DNA from: Flaccisagitta enflata
Taxonomy: Eukaryota
Direction of reading: 5' to 3'
Assembly (NCBI GenBank): GCA_965153355.1
Contig: OZ231126.1
Location: 6,386,001 to 6,450,000 of the forward strand
Length of the DNA: 64,000 bases
A program made the position numbers and the translations under genes. Positions 1 through 47,899 of this stretch are shown piece after piece. Below the pieces are notes generated by a model. That model was not told where the DNA came from. It saw nothing but the letters and a program-made list of their open reading frames with translations, and ran no database searches. Each line of letters starts with the position of its first letter. The stretch's first letter is position 1.

Positions 1-483
1 TTCATTACAATGTAAATAAGGGGTGTGGCACGACTGTAAATGATATGGTTTGACTCCTTTTTCCTTTCACATATGTTTATATATCGTTTTTGTGCACACT
101 TTGGTCATATGTCCGACTGGCACTTCCACAGTTCGTTGTTACCGACCCCCCCATTGGGCAGTAAATCACACAAACAGAGGTCGGTATCTGATCAAGAAAC
201 ACGCACGGCAACACAATGGTAAAGTATATGAAAGCAATTCTACGCCCATCGAAACTCTATAGTGTTGCCGTGCGGGATTACTTTTCAGATACCGATCTCC
301 ACTTGCCTCAATTCCTTTTTAAATACGACATAGAGTGTATGGTTAGTTGGCTGAGGCGTTCTGAAATTTGACCACATTTGACCCTCCAGGTAGCCGCCCT
401 AGTGGGCAGGAGCAGTGCTGGAGAAGGTCACTGGGTCATCTGGGCAGGAGCCGTGTGCTCAAAAAGCTCAAAAACGCCGAAAA

Positions 484-925
484 AGTAATAGTCGCAAAAG
501 CGTTAGATGGTCAGCGGTACCTGTTGCCCCTGTGTGAGTGTATGTGGGTGTGAGGTGGTTAGTGGGGCAGTGGCCCCAAGGGGCCAATGACCTATGCTGA
601 TTTTATTTGAGCCTCAAGGCTGGGATTTGAGCCTGGAGGCTGGGATATGAGCCTGGAGGCTGGGATATGAGCTTAAAGGCTGGGATTTGAGCTTCAAGGC
701 TGGGATTTGAGCTTTGAGGCTGGGATTTGAGCTTCAAGGCTGGGATTTGAGCCCTGAAGCTGGGATTTGAGCCTCGAGGCTGGGATTTGAGCTTCAAGGC
801 TGGGATTTGAGCTATAAGGCTGGGAATTGGGCCTCGAGGGGGTAGGGGTACACTGAAGAAAAGGGAGAAATTTCTGCATATGTGAAAGCACAGGTCAACG
901 GCCCCTTCGGGGCCGCTGCCCAAAA
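484..925. mobile_element. Interspersed element with GGGCAGCGGCCCC inverted repeats and internal 20-21-bp tandem arrays
   Basis: Relatives at about 20175-24000 (split by the Transib-like element), 24000-24610, 46380-46670, 50980-51520, 55938-56290 and 58440-59118. Confidence 0.65.
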
Positions 926-1012
926 AGGGGACCAGCCGACCGACCGACCGACCGACATAGCAGGGTGTAGAGTCGCGTAGCACGCGACTAAAAATGTTTC
1001 CTCTACTTTAAG

Positions 1013-1112
1013 ATATAGTTGGGTGCATTCAGCGAAAGCGATGCAGATGCTTGACAACATCTTTGACCGAAACAAGTGCAAAAGTGGGAGAGGCCTGTTG
1101 GTGTACCGGTAG
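1013..1112 (+). CDS. Possible exon of an unidentified convergent gene (YSWVHSAKAMQMLDNIFDRNKCKSGRGLLVYR)
   Basis: tttcctctactttaag acceptor, open non-repetitive frame, ends at CG|gtaggt donor or in-frame TAG. Confidence 0.35.
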
Positions 1113-1365
1113 GTTTATCAGGGTTACCACGCAGATACTTAAGCAGTTATCTAAATGGATCATATATCGGGTCAAACGGGTTTGGGACCAACGACGACTT
1201 ATTGACCCAGATATCGGATCGGTTAAAATGATTGGGAAAAGGCAACGAACGTTATGAAGTCATAGGTAAGATCTGGCTAGAAATTATGCTAACAACATCG
1301 AGAAATAAAAGGTTTCATTTGAGTTTTGATATAAACAAAAGAGCATAGATGACAAACTGTAAAGG

Positions 1366-1548
1366 AACAAGGCTGAATACACGGCTACCCCAGTCGCGTG
1401 CGGGTGGGCAGGAGCAGTAATTGAGTACCAGAGCATTTGGGTAGGAACATTGAGGCCAAAGACCGCAAATTCATGAAAAAGTATAATGGGAACGGACAGA
1501 CAGACAGACGGACAAATTGGAGAGTAAAGTCGCGTAGCACGCGACTAA
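1366..1548 (-). mobile_element. Helentron/DINE-1-like short element (family with AGTCGCGTGCACGCGACT hairpin)
   Basis: Terminal palindrome, (GTCY)n microsatellite, subterminal CACGCGACT repeat, GCCTTGTT end. Relatives at about 4306-4598, 31656-31838, 41047-41241, 43460-43594 and 58392-59262. Confidence 0.6.
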
Positions 1549-2888
1549 TTATCTGGAAAGATCAGCATTTGCAAAGGATATATCCAATTTTTGTCCAAGC
1601 TCCTAAGCTAACAGTGAATAAATCAAAAGTAAATGAGAGACATCTAAGTCATTTATTGAAAGACAAGCAATGAAAGCAGGGTACAAAAGAATGTCATCAA
1701 TGCACAAGTGATACTTTATCATATAGTTTGCAAAAGGAGAGAGAAAATGGGATTCATTGGAAGACCAAAAGGACGATATGGATTGGGCTGCCATCCCTAC
1801 ACTCTCCGCTCTCCCTTGCAAAGGGAAAGCCATGGTTCTAAGTAGAAATATGCTATTTGAAATCAAAAATGGCAGAAATGAGAGCCAGTTGATAGATCTT
1901 AAGCAAGAAGCACCTAGCATAAACTGCTGCAGTGGCATAAATGACTGAAAAATACTATGGAGTAGAGTGAACCGGTGAAGACAGATTACACTAACAATTC
2001 TTTAATTCCACATTTCAGCTTAAACCCGACCAGTACAACACGGATAGATAAGCTTTTATTTTACTAGTAAGGCGGGGCAACAATACCGTCGCGGACGAGT
2101 GGGCAGGAATCCGCATCCGTACAATCCTCTCCACGCCCACACATATCAATTCTTTTATTATATATATGGGCGGAAAAAGCGCGTTTCTTCTCGAACTGCG
2201 TTACTTGCTATTAACGTTATATGGTAATTGGGCGTGTTGCTACTGACGACCAAAAACAGGTTTTCTTCCATAGAACGTATTCACAGTGTGAACAAATATT
2301 CAAGAATTTTAACTGTCCCACAAGGGAGTGAGCAAAGTGAGTGAGCGTGCTCGTGAACGGAGCGTGCGAGTAAAGCGAGCGTGCGAGTAAAGCGAGCGTA
2401 GCGAAGCAGAGCCCTGCGGAGCAAGTGAGCGGTGCGAGCGAACGCGCATAGCGAGCGACCAAGAGGCCCGTTCAAAACGCGATTGTCTGTGTCTAGAAAC
2501 GCGTCCATTGATGAACCCAGGAAAATCAGGCAAAAAAGTCAATCAACGCTTGTCGGAATGCGGGTCATAAATAAATACATATAGAGACAATCTTTTGATA
2601 ATAATGCAAGAAAATGAAGTGCTAAAAAATTAGTTACCATATCGTTACCGACGGCGGGGATAGTGGGTACAGGGGCAAGAATATGCATTTTCACGTTTTT
2701 CTCCTCGATGGTTACGGATCAACGAACAGACAGACGGACAAACGGATGGACAAAGCTTTCTCTGGAGACGGCAGTCCACGACACAATGTATGATGTTCTT
2801 AAGGAAAGTTCCAAGGGTGCAATGTTCAGGAAGGAATACCCTTAAGAGCACGATATACTCTCCATCATATACAGAAGCAATGATATTA

Positions 2889-3256
2889 CAGTGGGAGGGG
2901 TAGTCGAAATCGCTAGCACCCCTACCTGCAGCTCAGATGATCAATACCACAAGGGTATCAAAGGTGGTGGCCAATAGCTTATACCAATACAATTCCCGCC
3001 ATCGAGGCGATTTTGTAATCTCAACCTAGTTTTAGAGATACAGCTCTTTTTAGGGTGAAAATCGGTCTTTTTCAGAAGCGTTGGATTTAGCCCTTTTATG
3101 ACCATTTTCTATAAAATGAGAAGGAAATTCGAAAAACGCCTTGATGGCGGGAACTGTTTAGGGATAAGCTTCCAGCTGCCACCTTAGTGGTCTTTGTGAC
3201 ATTACCCATCTCAGCTGTGGGTAGGGGTGCTAGCGATTTTGCTGCCCCTCTCATTG
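2889..3256. mobile_element. Palindromic MITE, TA-flanked (Tc1/mariner-like)
   Basis: Arms containing AAATCGCTAGCACCCCTACC and its reverse complement; TA on both sides. Confidence 0.75.
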
Positions 3257-3526
3257 TATTATCTCCTTCCTTACAGAGTAAATAAAAAAAGCTGTTGTTT
3301 CGTACAAATGAGCAGGAACGATGTCAATTTTGAATGACAAATGACAAATGAGCAGGAACAGAGACGATCTTACAGTATATTAACTACTTGATGTTATTTT
3401 TGATCATGACTCTTTTGACAATTTCACAGATTTTGTTTTCTTTCGGAGTGTTAAGAAATCCGTCAACAACGGATGGAACCAACTGATGTTGACATGTAAT
3501 ATTAATAAGAGAAGTCCGTCGACATA

Positions 3527-3800
<274 letters not shown>

Positions 3801-3834
3801 TAGTTATATTAGTCAGAAAAATCCATCGACATGG

Positions 3835-38798
<34,964 letters not shown>

Positions 38799-39738
38799 GG
38801 TTGATGCATGTGCTTTTAAGTTTTGTATAGATGCAACACAAAGTCAATTTCAATCATTTGTCATCGTCGCCTTTGTCCCATATATGCACATCGCTTCTTC
38901 ATCGTTCTTAACTTCATTTACATACTCGCGTATCTCCAAATCCGCTTCATTCCTTATTTGGAGATGTCTTTGATTACTCGTTGTCATGACGGCTGACAGC
39001 TGTTTTCCGCGGTTGCTGCAGACAGACGCGGCAGCGTTGAGTCTGAGGAAGCCGCTGCAGGAAAGCTTAAAACAGATCACGCGAATATTTTTTTGTTTAG
39101 CTAAAAATAAACCCTGGAAAAAAAGTCGACTTATCGGGCAATTTCCTCGATTGTTATCGTCGTCCGTCGATCAGTTGTCACGCATGACGGTTTGTTGTAC
39201 TCGTCCAAAGGTCGATACGAACGGACTTTTGACTCACGATCACGTAATGAGATATCGAGCTTTTTTTTCCTCATTCAACGATCTTTCGAGCCTCGATAAA
39301 AGTAGGTCACACTCGGAATCGCACCTGGAACTTTTTTAAGCTTTTCTTCTTCTCATCCGCATTTTCTTTCTTTTTCTCTATTTTTGCAACTTTTCCAGGA
39401 AAGATCTCAGACGTGGAAAGGAAAAAAAGGTTATCGATGGAATGAAGCCGAAATTGCACTGCTCAAAAAATTGCCGATCCATCTTCAACTGACACTGAAG
39501 AAGGATTCGATGCAACGTTGAATTCATTAACTGCTCAAACTGATAAAACATTGCTACTAGTGAATTGTCTAGATTAACGCCGGTTTACGTCGTCGACTTC
39601 CGTTTCCGTTAACATTAGTCATGGCCCTGATAGTCCCTTCATGTTCCAGGTATGGAATGAAACCGCACACTGCACTCCTGGCTGCAAGTGACATTACGTA
39701 AGAGCCGTCGCCAGCTAATTACTGGTAGAGAAATGCTA

Positions 39739-40307
39739 CCATCTTGGCCCTAAATATAAGCACAGCTTTAAAGTGTCATAACTCGTTCAATTTTAATCGC
39801 AGAGAGATGATTTTTTTTTTAAATTTGCATCTTCGAAAAATCTATCAAATGATACCAAGTTGGTTCCTGTATCTTTATTTGTTAAGAAATGAGAGCCAAA
39901 TGAATAAATCATTTACCTTTTGCGAGTGTGGTTGGGCAAATCTTTCTTATTTATGGAGAATGGTGTATTGGCACACTGCGCCAAATACACTGAAAGATCG
40001 ACGAGTTAAGCTCGTCTAGGGTTAGCCCACATCAATTTGGATCTCAGTCCAATTGAGAACTCAGATTCAAACGAAAAACCTACAGAAACAGGGGAAAACA
40101 ACATAGAAAGCAGGGCTGAAATGAATCGCCTAAATGGTTTGAAACAACATCACTCCAGAGTTCCTCCAGTCTCTCTACGAGTCAATGACAAAGTGAATGC
40201 AGGCGGTGGATGCCCAATATTAGATGCAGTCTGATATGTTTGCCGCTCACTTCTAGTCAGCAAATCAACTTATACACCTATTGTGTATATAGTTATGGCC
40301 AAGATGG
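39739..40307. mobile_element. MITE, same family as 32039-32616, TA-flanked
   Basis: TA|CCATCTTGGCC ... GGCCAAGATGG|TA and collinear internal similarity. Confidence 0.85.
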
Positions 40308-40337
40308 TACTTCTAGTTGGTTGGATGAAGTGATATT

Positions 40338-40632
40338 CAGGACTGTATATTGTTCTACATCCCCCCCGTGGGGGGGGGGGAATAATCAAAGGGTTTGGAG
40401 ATGGGGAAGGAAATTTAAGGGGGAAAATAGAGAAAAAAAGGAAATATAGGAAAAATATAACTTTTGGCAGTACCAAATCATAAATACTGATTAGTAAAAC
40501 ACAATTTAACATTATTTAAACCTTAAAAACAAATCCATCATATTTTAACGCGACACAATGCGTCGCGGGGAAGAAAATCAAAGGCAGGGGGGGGGGAAAT
40601 AATCAAATATCATAGAACTATATACACCCCTG
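40338..40632. mobile_element. hAT-like MITE, 8-bp TSD GTGATATT
   Basis: CAGG..TGTATAT.GTTCTA TIRs with perfect 8-bp flanking duplication. Confidence 0.85.
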
Positions 40633-41895
40633 GTGATATTTGGTCTTGAAAAGTTGAAAGTTAGTCACAAAATAACAGTAATTCTAGATTGAGCTGTGGT
40701 ATGGACTGTTGCTGACTGGCTGACTGGCTGTGGTCAATGCCTATGGTCAATTTAGTAGAAATGGCTTATGATGTCAAGTGATAAATTTTTAACTGTAAAA
40801 TTCGTCTTATCTTGCTGTGTTACATCTGCTAAAATCTGAGCAAGGGCAACAGCAACCAAACTAAGTTAGATAAAAACAAGATGCACAATTTGTAGTTTAC
40901 TTGGTTTTATTGAACCGCCTTTTAAAGTTTCACAAATGGCTGAACAATAAGTAGATAAATACACTGAGATATAACTATGGCAAAAAAAAATTTTCCAGAG
41001 AGTTTCAAGCAACCAAAAATGGTAGAAAATATCAACCGATTTGGACAACAAGGCCGGGTACACGGCTACCCCAGTCGCGTGCGGGTGGGCAGGGGCTGTA
41101 TTTGAGGCCACTCAATCATTTGGGCAGGTGCAGTGAGGCCAAAAACTGCAAAAAACCAAAAAACGTAAGGTGTGACGGATGGACTAACAGACGGACGGAC
41201 CGACAGAGCGGGTTGTAGAGTCGCGTAGCACGCGACTAAAAATTTAGGCGTTACTAGGCCATATAATCATAAAGAAGCTGTAAAAAAAATCAAGGATTTA
41301 CTTCGAACCGTCTGGCCACAATCCACATTTTTTGTCAAATATGTCAAGATTTCATTTGCCCATTATCTTTTTACACTTGGTGATATTCTCATTCCATAAA
41401 ACCATACAACAAATGCTTCGACGTTCATGAAATTTTTACTGTAGCTTGGAGACGAACTCAGGAGGTAGCAGCCATAAAATCATGCCGAAATTCCAATAAC
41501 TCTGGCTATAAGAGCATTTTTTCTTTTCCTTGTCATTTGAAAATGTGTTTTCCTTTGATTTTCATCAATTTTTAAAACTTGACTTTTATTACTCATTTAC
41601 TCAAATTGCTCTCTACTCCCAACCATCTACACAATATACTTAAGCTCCAGTTCAATTTTTATGAAAATCGGATAACGTTAGGTATGGTTTCACATAGTTT
41701 TTGTTTTCCGCAAAAATTTTGATTGCCATAGTTAGATGCAAGTTTAGTCCGAGAATACGTTAGTACTGCGCACAAATTGCTTATTGACCTTTTGAGACCT
41801 CTATCAATTTACATTCCAAAATTGCTTATTGCCTGTAGTTTTGGTTCATGAAGCAGAAGTAATCGAAATTTGAAGTTGTTTAAAACAAATGAATA

Positions 41896-42894
41896 CAATT
41901 GAACCCCGCTCTTACGGATTTAAGGGGACTACAATTTTTTTAAGTGCCTCCTCGCACTTCTATAGGAGGTCATGTCCGTCGGTTGGTTGGTTGGTCAGTT
42001 GGTTGGTTGGTTGGTCACGCAAACGTTCGAATTGCGCAAAACGGCTGATTCTGATGTAATTCTTCATTCCTATCACCTTTCATGCCTTACCACACTAACT
42101 TTGATTCATTCATTCATTCATTCATTCATCAAAAACGTTCATTCACAAATTCTCAATCAAGCGAGGCGCACTTATTGGCCTTAACTTGGCCTTGTTCTGT
42201 TATAAGCGGACTTCTGTTGTTGCCGACAAAGGAAATAAAAGAAATTAACTTTAAGGGACTTTAATTTTGCACCTGTTATACAGTACGATGAGGGGAAAGA
42301 CGACCTAGACTGGAGGATAGGTTTTAGGTATTTTAATTTTGTTTGATTTAAAAAAAAATTAAGATTTGTTGCTTAAAAACATAAGCTTTTCTCATTCTTT
42401 AACTTGTGATTTGACTTCATCAGGACTTTATTCTTCGTTCTAACCTAGCCCATCAGATCGAGCTAAAAATTTTAAATAACTTTAAAAAAAATCGGCTTAA
42501 TTGAACTATTTTTACAGGTTTTACAGCTATTTTTCAAGAATAATTATGAAAAATAATATCTGATCCAAACTTAAATCAGGCATAAAACTTAAAAAATGGT
42601 CCGATTGAACTATTTTTTTCTTCTAAATTATGTAAAATTTTCTGCCCGATCTGATGAGCAAGGTAAGAACATCGAAAAATGAAGTTCTGTGAAGTCAAGT
42701 CACAAGTTGAAAAATGAGAGAACCTAATATATTCAAGCAATAGAACAACTTTTAATTAACATAGATCAACTTTTTATACATCAATTGAAATCTAGATATT
42801 TATAATCTATCCTCTAGTCTAGGTCGTCTTTGCTCCTATCGTACTCTAGGCGGAATTTCGTTGGTGGTGGGTCCGTTAGAGCGGGGTTCAACTG
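41896..42894. mobile_element. pogo/Tigger-like MITE carrying two nested insertions (about 41938-42196 and 42281-42846)
   Basis: TA|CAATTGAACCCCGCTC ... GAGCGGGGTTCAACTG|TA; inner TA-flanked MITE with AAAGACGACCTAGACT TIRs. Confidence 0.8.
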
Positions 42895-44120
42895 TATTTA
42901 TATTCAGCTGAACATTGACGACAGAAAAAGCCAGATGGTTTACTCAACATGACGAAGTTTTGGATTTGAAATTTTTTGAGACTCCAGAATCGCTATTAAA
43001 GGCGCTTCTATCAAGAGTAGGAATCAGTAAAGGCTAATTCAAAAAATGTTAGCATTTGTTTTCTCCCATTGCATTATGCAAATTAGCTCCTCTACAACAA
43101 AATGCTAAAAAACGGAAGATGAACAGTTTTTGATAGAAGAATTGAAATAACGGTTATAAAATTAGCCACTTTATACAATGTAGAAAGGGTGAAATGAAAA
43201 GACAAACTTTTGCTAAGTGAAGCAGCCAACTGAACCGGTACATTATCATCCAATATCCAGCGAGGTTCTTCCATTGGCCAAGACTTGGCATTGTCAATTG
43301 CGGGTGACATGACGCTGAATAAAAACGAGTTTCCAAACGTTCAGTGAATCCTTGCTTTTACGGGTGCATGATCTATTTGACTTTTTTGCTCACTTATTGT
43401 ACAGCTCATTTGTGATAATTTCAATTATTGTGAGGATTTGTTCCTGCAATTAAATTAAACCAGGCCGGATACACGGCTACTTAAGTCGCGTGCGGGTGGG
43501 CATGGGTCATGCCAGAACCGCTCATTAACGCAACGATGATGGACCAACGGACCAACAGACAGCGCGTTAAGGAGTCGCGTGCACGCGACTAAAAATGAGC
43601 AACAAAAATCCGCGCATCGCGTCGTAGAAGCATTTGTTCTTTGGTCAAGTTTATGAAAAGTCTTTGTGACGGTGTTTTTGATCGAATTTTATATGTGAAT
43701 AGTTTTTGTGGAGCTGTCTCTGCTGTTTCCTTGTTTGAATATTTTCTTTTTGATTTTTTTCTCACTACATATGAAACAGTACTGGGTTATTTTAAGTCGC
43801 GTGCACGCGACTCTATGACCCGCTTTGTCTGTCGGTCCGTAACTGTTTTTTTTTCTTCATTTCTAAGTCATTTAGGGCCATTTTCAGACATTATCAGTCA
43901 TTTTCAGTCATTTGTCAAATTGGTTGTTTGTCAATTTAAGTCATATTGAGTCATATTGAAAGTCATATAAAGTCATTTTAAGTCATATTGTCATTTTTTG
44001 TCGTTTTTTGAAATTTTGTCTTAGTAAGTCATTTTATGTTATTCTTAGTCGTTTTAAGGCAATATTCTTTAGTCAATTAAAGTTACACTCATTATTCATT
44101 ATTTTGTCATTTCCTATTTT

Positions 44121-45470
44121 AAAACTGGTGGGTTTCAAGGCTGAAATTGAAACTGCACTGGAAGGTTTCAAGGATTGAATTGAAACTAGTGGGTTGCAAG
44201 GATTGAATTGAAACTTGTGGGTTTCGAGGACTGAATCAAAACTGGTGGGTTTCGAGGATTAAATTGAAACTGGTGGGTTTCGAGGATTGAATTGAAATTG
44301 GTGGGTTTTGAGGATTGAATTGAAACTGGTGGGTTTCGAGGATTGAATTGAAACTGGTGGGTTTCAAGGATTGAATTGAAACTGGTGGGTTTCAAGGATT
44401 GAATTGAAACTGGTGGGTTTCAAGGATTGAATTGAAACTGGTGGGTTTCAAGGATTGAATTGAAACTGGTGGGTTTCAAGGATTGAATTGAAACTGGTGG
44501 GTTTCAAGGATTGAATCGAAACTGGTGGGTTTCAAGGATTGAATTGAGACTGGTGGGTTTCAAGGATTGAATTGAGACTGGTGGGTTTCAAGGATTGAAT
44601 TGAGACTGGTGGGTTTCAAGGATTGAATTGAGACTGGTGGGTTTCAAGGATTGAATTGAGACTGGTGGGTTTCAAGGATTGAATTGAGACTGGTGGGTTT
44701 CAAGGATTGAATTGAGACTGGTGGATTTCAAGGATTGAATTGAGACTGGTGGGTTTCAAGGATTGAATTGAGACTGGTGGGTTTCAAGGATTGAATTGAG
44801 ACTGGTGGGTTTCAAAGATTGAATTGAGACTGGTGGGTTTCAAGGATTGAATTGAGACTGGTGGGTTTCAAGGATTGAATTGAGACTGGTGGGTTTCAAG
44901 GATTGAATTGAGACTGGTGGGTTTCAAGGATTGAATTGAGACTGGTGGGTTTCAAGGATTGAATTGAGACTGGTGGGTTTCAAGGATTGAATTGAGACTG
45001 GTGGGTTTCAAGGATTGAATTGAGACTGGTGGGTTTCAAGGATTGAATTGAGACTGGTGGGTTTCAAGGATTGAATTGAAACTGGTGGGTTTCAAGGATT
45101 GAATTGAAACTGGTGGGTTTCAAGGATTGAATTGAAACTGGTGGGTTTCAAGGATTGAATTGAAACTGGTGGGTTTCAAGGATTGAATTGAAACTGGTGG
45201 GTTTCAAGGATTGAATTGAAACTAGTGGTTTTCAACGATTGAATTGAAACTGGTGGGTTTCAAGGATTGAATTGAAACTGGTGGGGTTTCAAGGCTTTAA
45301 TTGAAACTGGTGGGTTTCGAGGCTTTAATTGAAACTGGTGAGTTTCAAGGTTGAAATTGAATCTGGTGTGCCTCAGGGTTTGAAACTGATGGGGTTTCAC
45401 GGCTTGAATTTGATGGGGTTTCACGGCTTGATTTGATACTGGCAGGTTTCTAGGCTTTAGTTGAAACTGG
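44121..45470. repeat. 28-bp minisatellite GATTGAATTGARACTGGTGGGTTTCAAG, roughly 45 copies
   Basis: Direct head-to-tail periodicity, homogeneous centre, degenerate edges. Confidence 0.95.
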
Positions 45471-45694
45471 TCCATGAAACTGCGACTTATATGTGTTGGC
45501 CTTGTAAAAGCTGAAACGCGCTGCGTCGCGTCGTTTGTGACGATCCAATTTTGAAAGTAGTCAAAAATGATGATTATTTAGTTGTGTGCTACGCAAGTTG
45601 AAAAGTGAGGAAATGAGCGTTTTAGAACATTTTAGTTGCGGACAGTTGCATTACCGCCCCTGCCCACCCGTCCGCAACTGATGGCCGTGTATCC

Positions 45695-46325
45695 TAACAG
45701 AGTCCAGAAATATATAAAAAGTGTGATCTAATTTAATCCATTTGTCACAGGACCAATTAAAGGGTGGGGAATCAGCTCAGACCCCCCAAAAAATTCTCTG
45801 GTCAAGATTTGGGCCGCTACCGCTTCATATCTCAGGTTGAATGGCTATATAAGGTCAAAATTTCAATGTGGGAAATTTGAAAATCTGTTTGCAGATTCGG
45901 AATCCTTGCAAAAAAAGTACTAAAAGAAAGTGTCTTTCGTTTTTTGATATTCCAACTAGAACTTGGTGTAATTCAACTTCGAAGGATATATTCGGGTCAA
46001 ATTTGCTCTTTTGTTTAAAATTTAGTTAATTTTAACGTTTGACGACAATTTTGACAGCGTTCCAGATGGAATATCAAAAAAAGAAAGGCACATTCTTTTA
46101 GTACTTTTTTGCAAGGATTCTGAATCTGTAATCAGATTTTCAAATTTCCCACTTTGAAATTTTGACCTTATATAGCCATTTGACCTGAGATATGTAGCGG
46201 TAGCGGCCCAAATCTTGACCGGAGAACTTTTTTGGGAAAGTGAGCTGATTTCTCATCATTTAATTAGTCTTGTGACAAATGGATTAAATTAGATCACACT
46301 TTTTATATATTTCTGGACCCTGTTA
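45695..46325. mobile_element. MULE-like foldback element with 10-bp TSD CCGTGTATCC
   Basis: About 630-bp palindrome; TSD at 45685-45694 and 46326-46335. Confidence 0.82.
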
Positions 46326-47348
46326 CCGTGTATCCGGCCTTGTTAGATTATGGTAGATATCTCCAGAGGAATTATGGTTTTTGGGCTGTTGATGACCTAT
46401 GCTTTCACACATGGGGAATTTTCTCCTTCTCCCTCTAGCGATTAGGCCTTGAGGCTGGGTTTCAGGCCTTAGGGCTGGGATTTAGGCCTGAAGGCTGAGA
46501 TTTGGGCCTTGAGGCTATCATTTGGGCCTCAAGGCTGGGATTTTGGCCTCGAGACCGTGATTTGGGCCTCAAGGCTAGGATTTGAGTCGGGGGGGCGGGG
46601 AAGAAGGAGAAAATTCCCCATATGTGTGAAAGCATAGGTCATCGACCCCTTCGGGGCCGCTGCCCAAAAGGGTACCAACCGACTGACAGACTGACCAACC
46701 GACCGACATAGCGGGGTGTAGTCGCGCAGAACGCAACTAAAAAGCAAGAATTTAGCAATGCATGAAGGAAAGGAAGAGAAAGAAGTATAGGATGCAAGAA
46801 AAAGATAATGCATGAAATGTATGAAATGCATGCATGCATACAAACATAATCTAAAAAGGATCAAACATTACGAATGGACCACCAGATGGACACACTGACC
46901 AATAGACCAACGGACCTATGGACAAAGCCTCTTATAGAGATGCGTGTCCGCAACCAACAACGAAAGAGGGAAAGAAAAAAATAAGGAAAATAAGGAAAAA
47001 AGAAAAAAAATAAGGAAATAGGAAAGAAGGCCAGAGGAAGTGAGTAAGAGAGAAAGGAAATGAATCCCAGGGTTAGAGTACCAGTCCTACATAGCTATGA
47101 TACTGGTAAACTGACATGAATCCTTTCAAAAGACGTTATTCAGGTCAAATCCTTTTTTATGTTCATTGAGTGAAACCAATTTTAGATCGTTTTTCATTTC
47201 GAGAGTTTTGAAAAAAAAAACATTCACATTGAGAAAAAAAGAACGCAAATTATTGCGGTGTTCCAAAAATGCCGACCCTGCTGCGATCAAGTTACGTTTC
47301 GGTTCCCCCGGGCCTCTGCGAGAGGACACACGCGCGCGCGCACACACA

Positions 47349-47405
<57 letters not shown>

Positions 47406-47899
47406 GCTCACAAACAAACAAACAAACAAACAAACAAACAAACAAACAAACAAACAAACAAACAAACAAACACGCACTCGCGCTCGCACCACTCTCTTTA
47501 ACATCCACGGCTTCTCAAAAGTGGGATTTCACACTCAAACACGCGCACGCACGCGCGCGCACTCACACTCTCTCTGTAACAACCACGGCTTCTCAAAAGC
47601 GGGATTTCACACTCGAACTTGTGCTTCACGGATCAACCGATGGACCAACAGTTTCTCGTAGAATCAAGACATGAAATTGATAACTTTAAACACCTTGACA
47701 AATTAGCTTCATACTGAGAGAGGCTGTATTAGGGTAACGCGCTTTACACCCATATCCAGGGTTAGTAGTCTGACCACCCCATCAACCCAACCAGCTCGAC
47801 CAGTCTGCCGGCCTAAAAGTGAGGTGTATAACTGTGGCATTTTTTAGCCAATTTGATTGAAATTTGGTATGGAGTCCCCAAATGGAAGGACTCAACACA

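Noticed and set aside
44121-45470. 28-bp repeat array as CRISPR
   Set aside because: Head-to-tail units with no unique spacers; it is a minisatellite.
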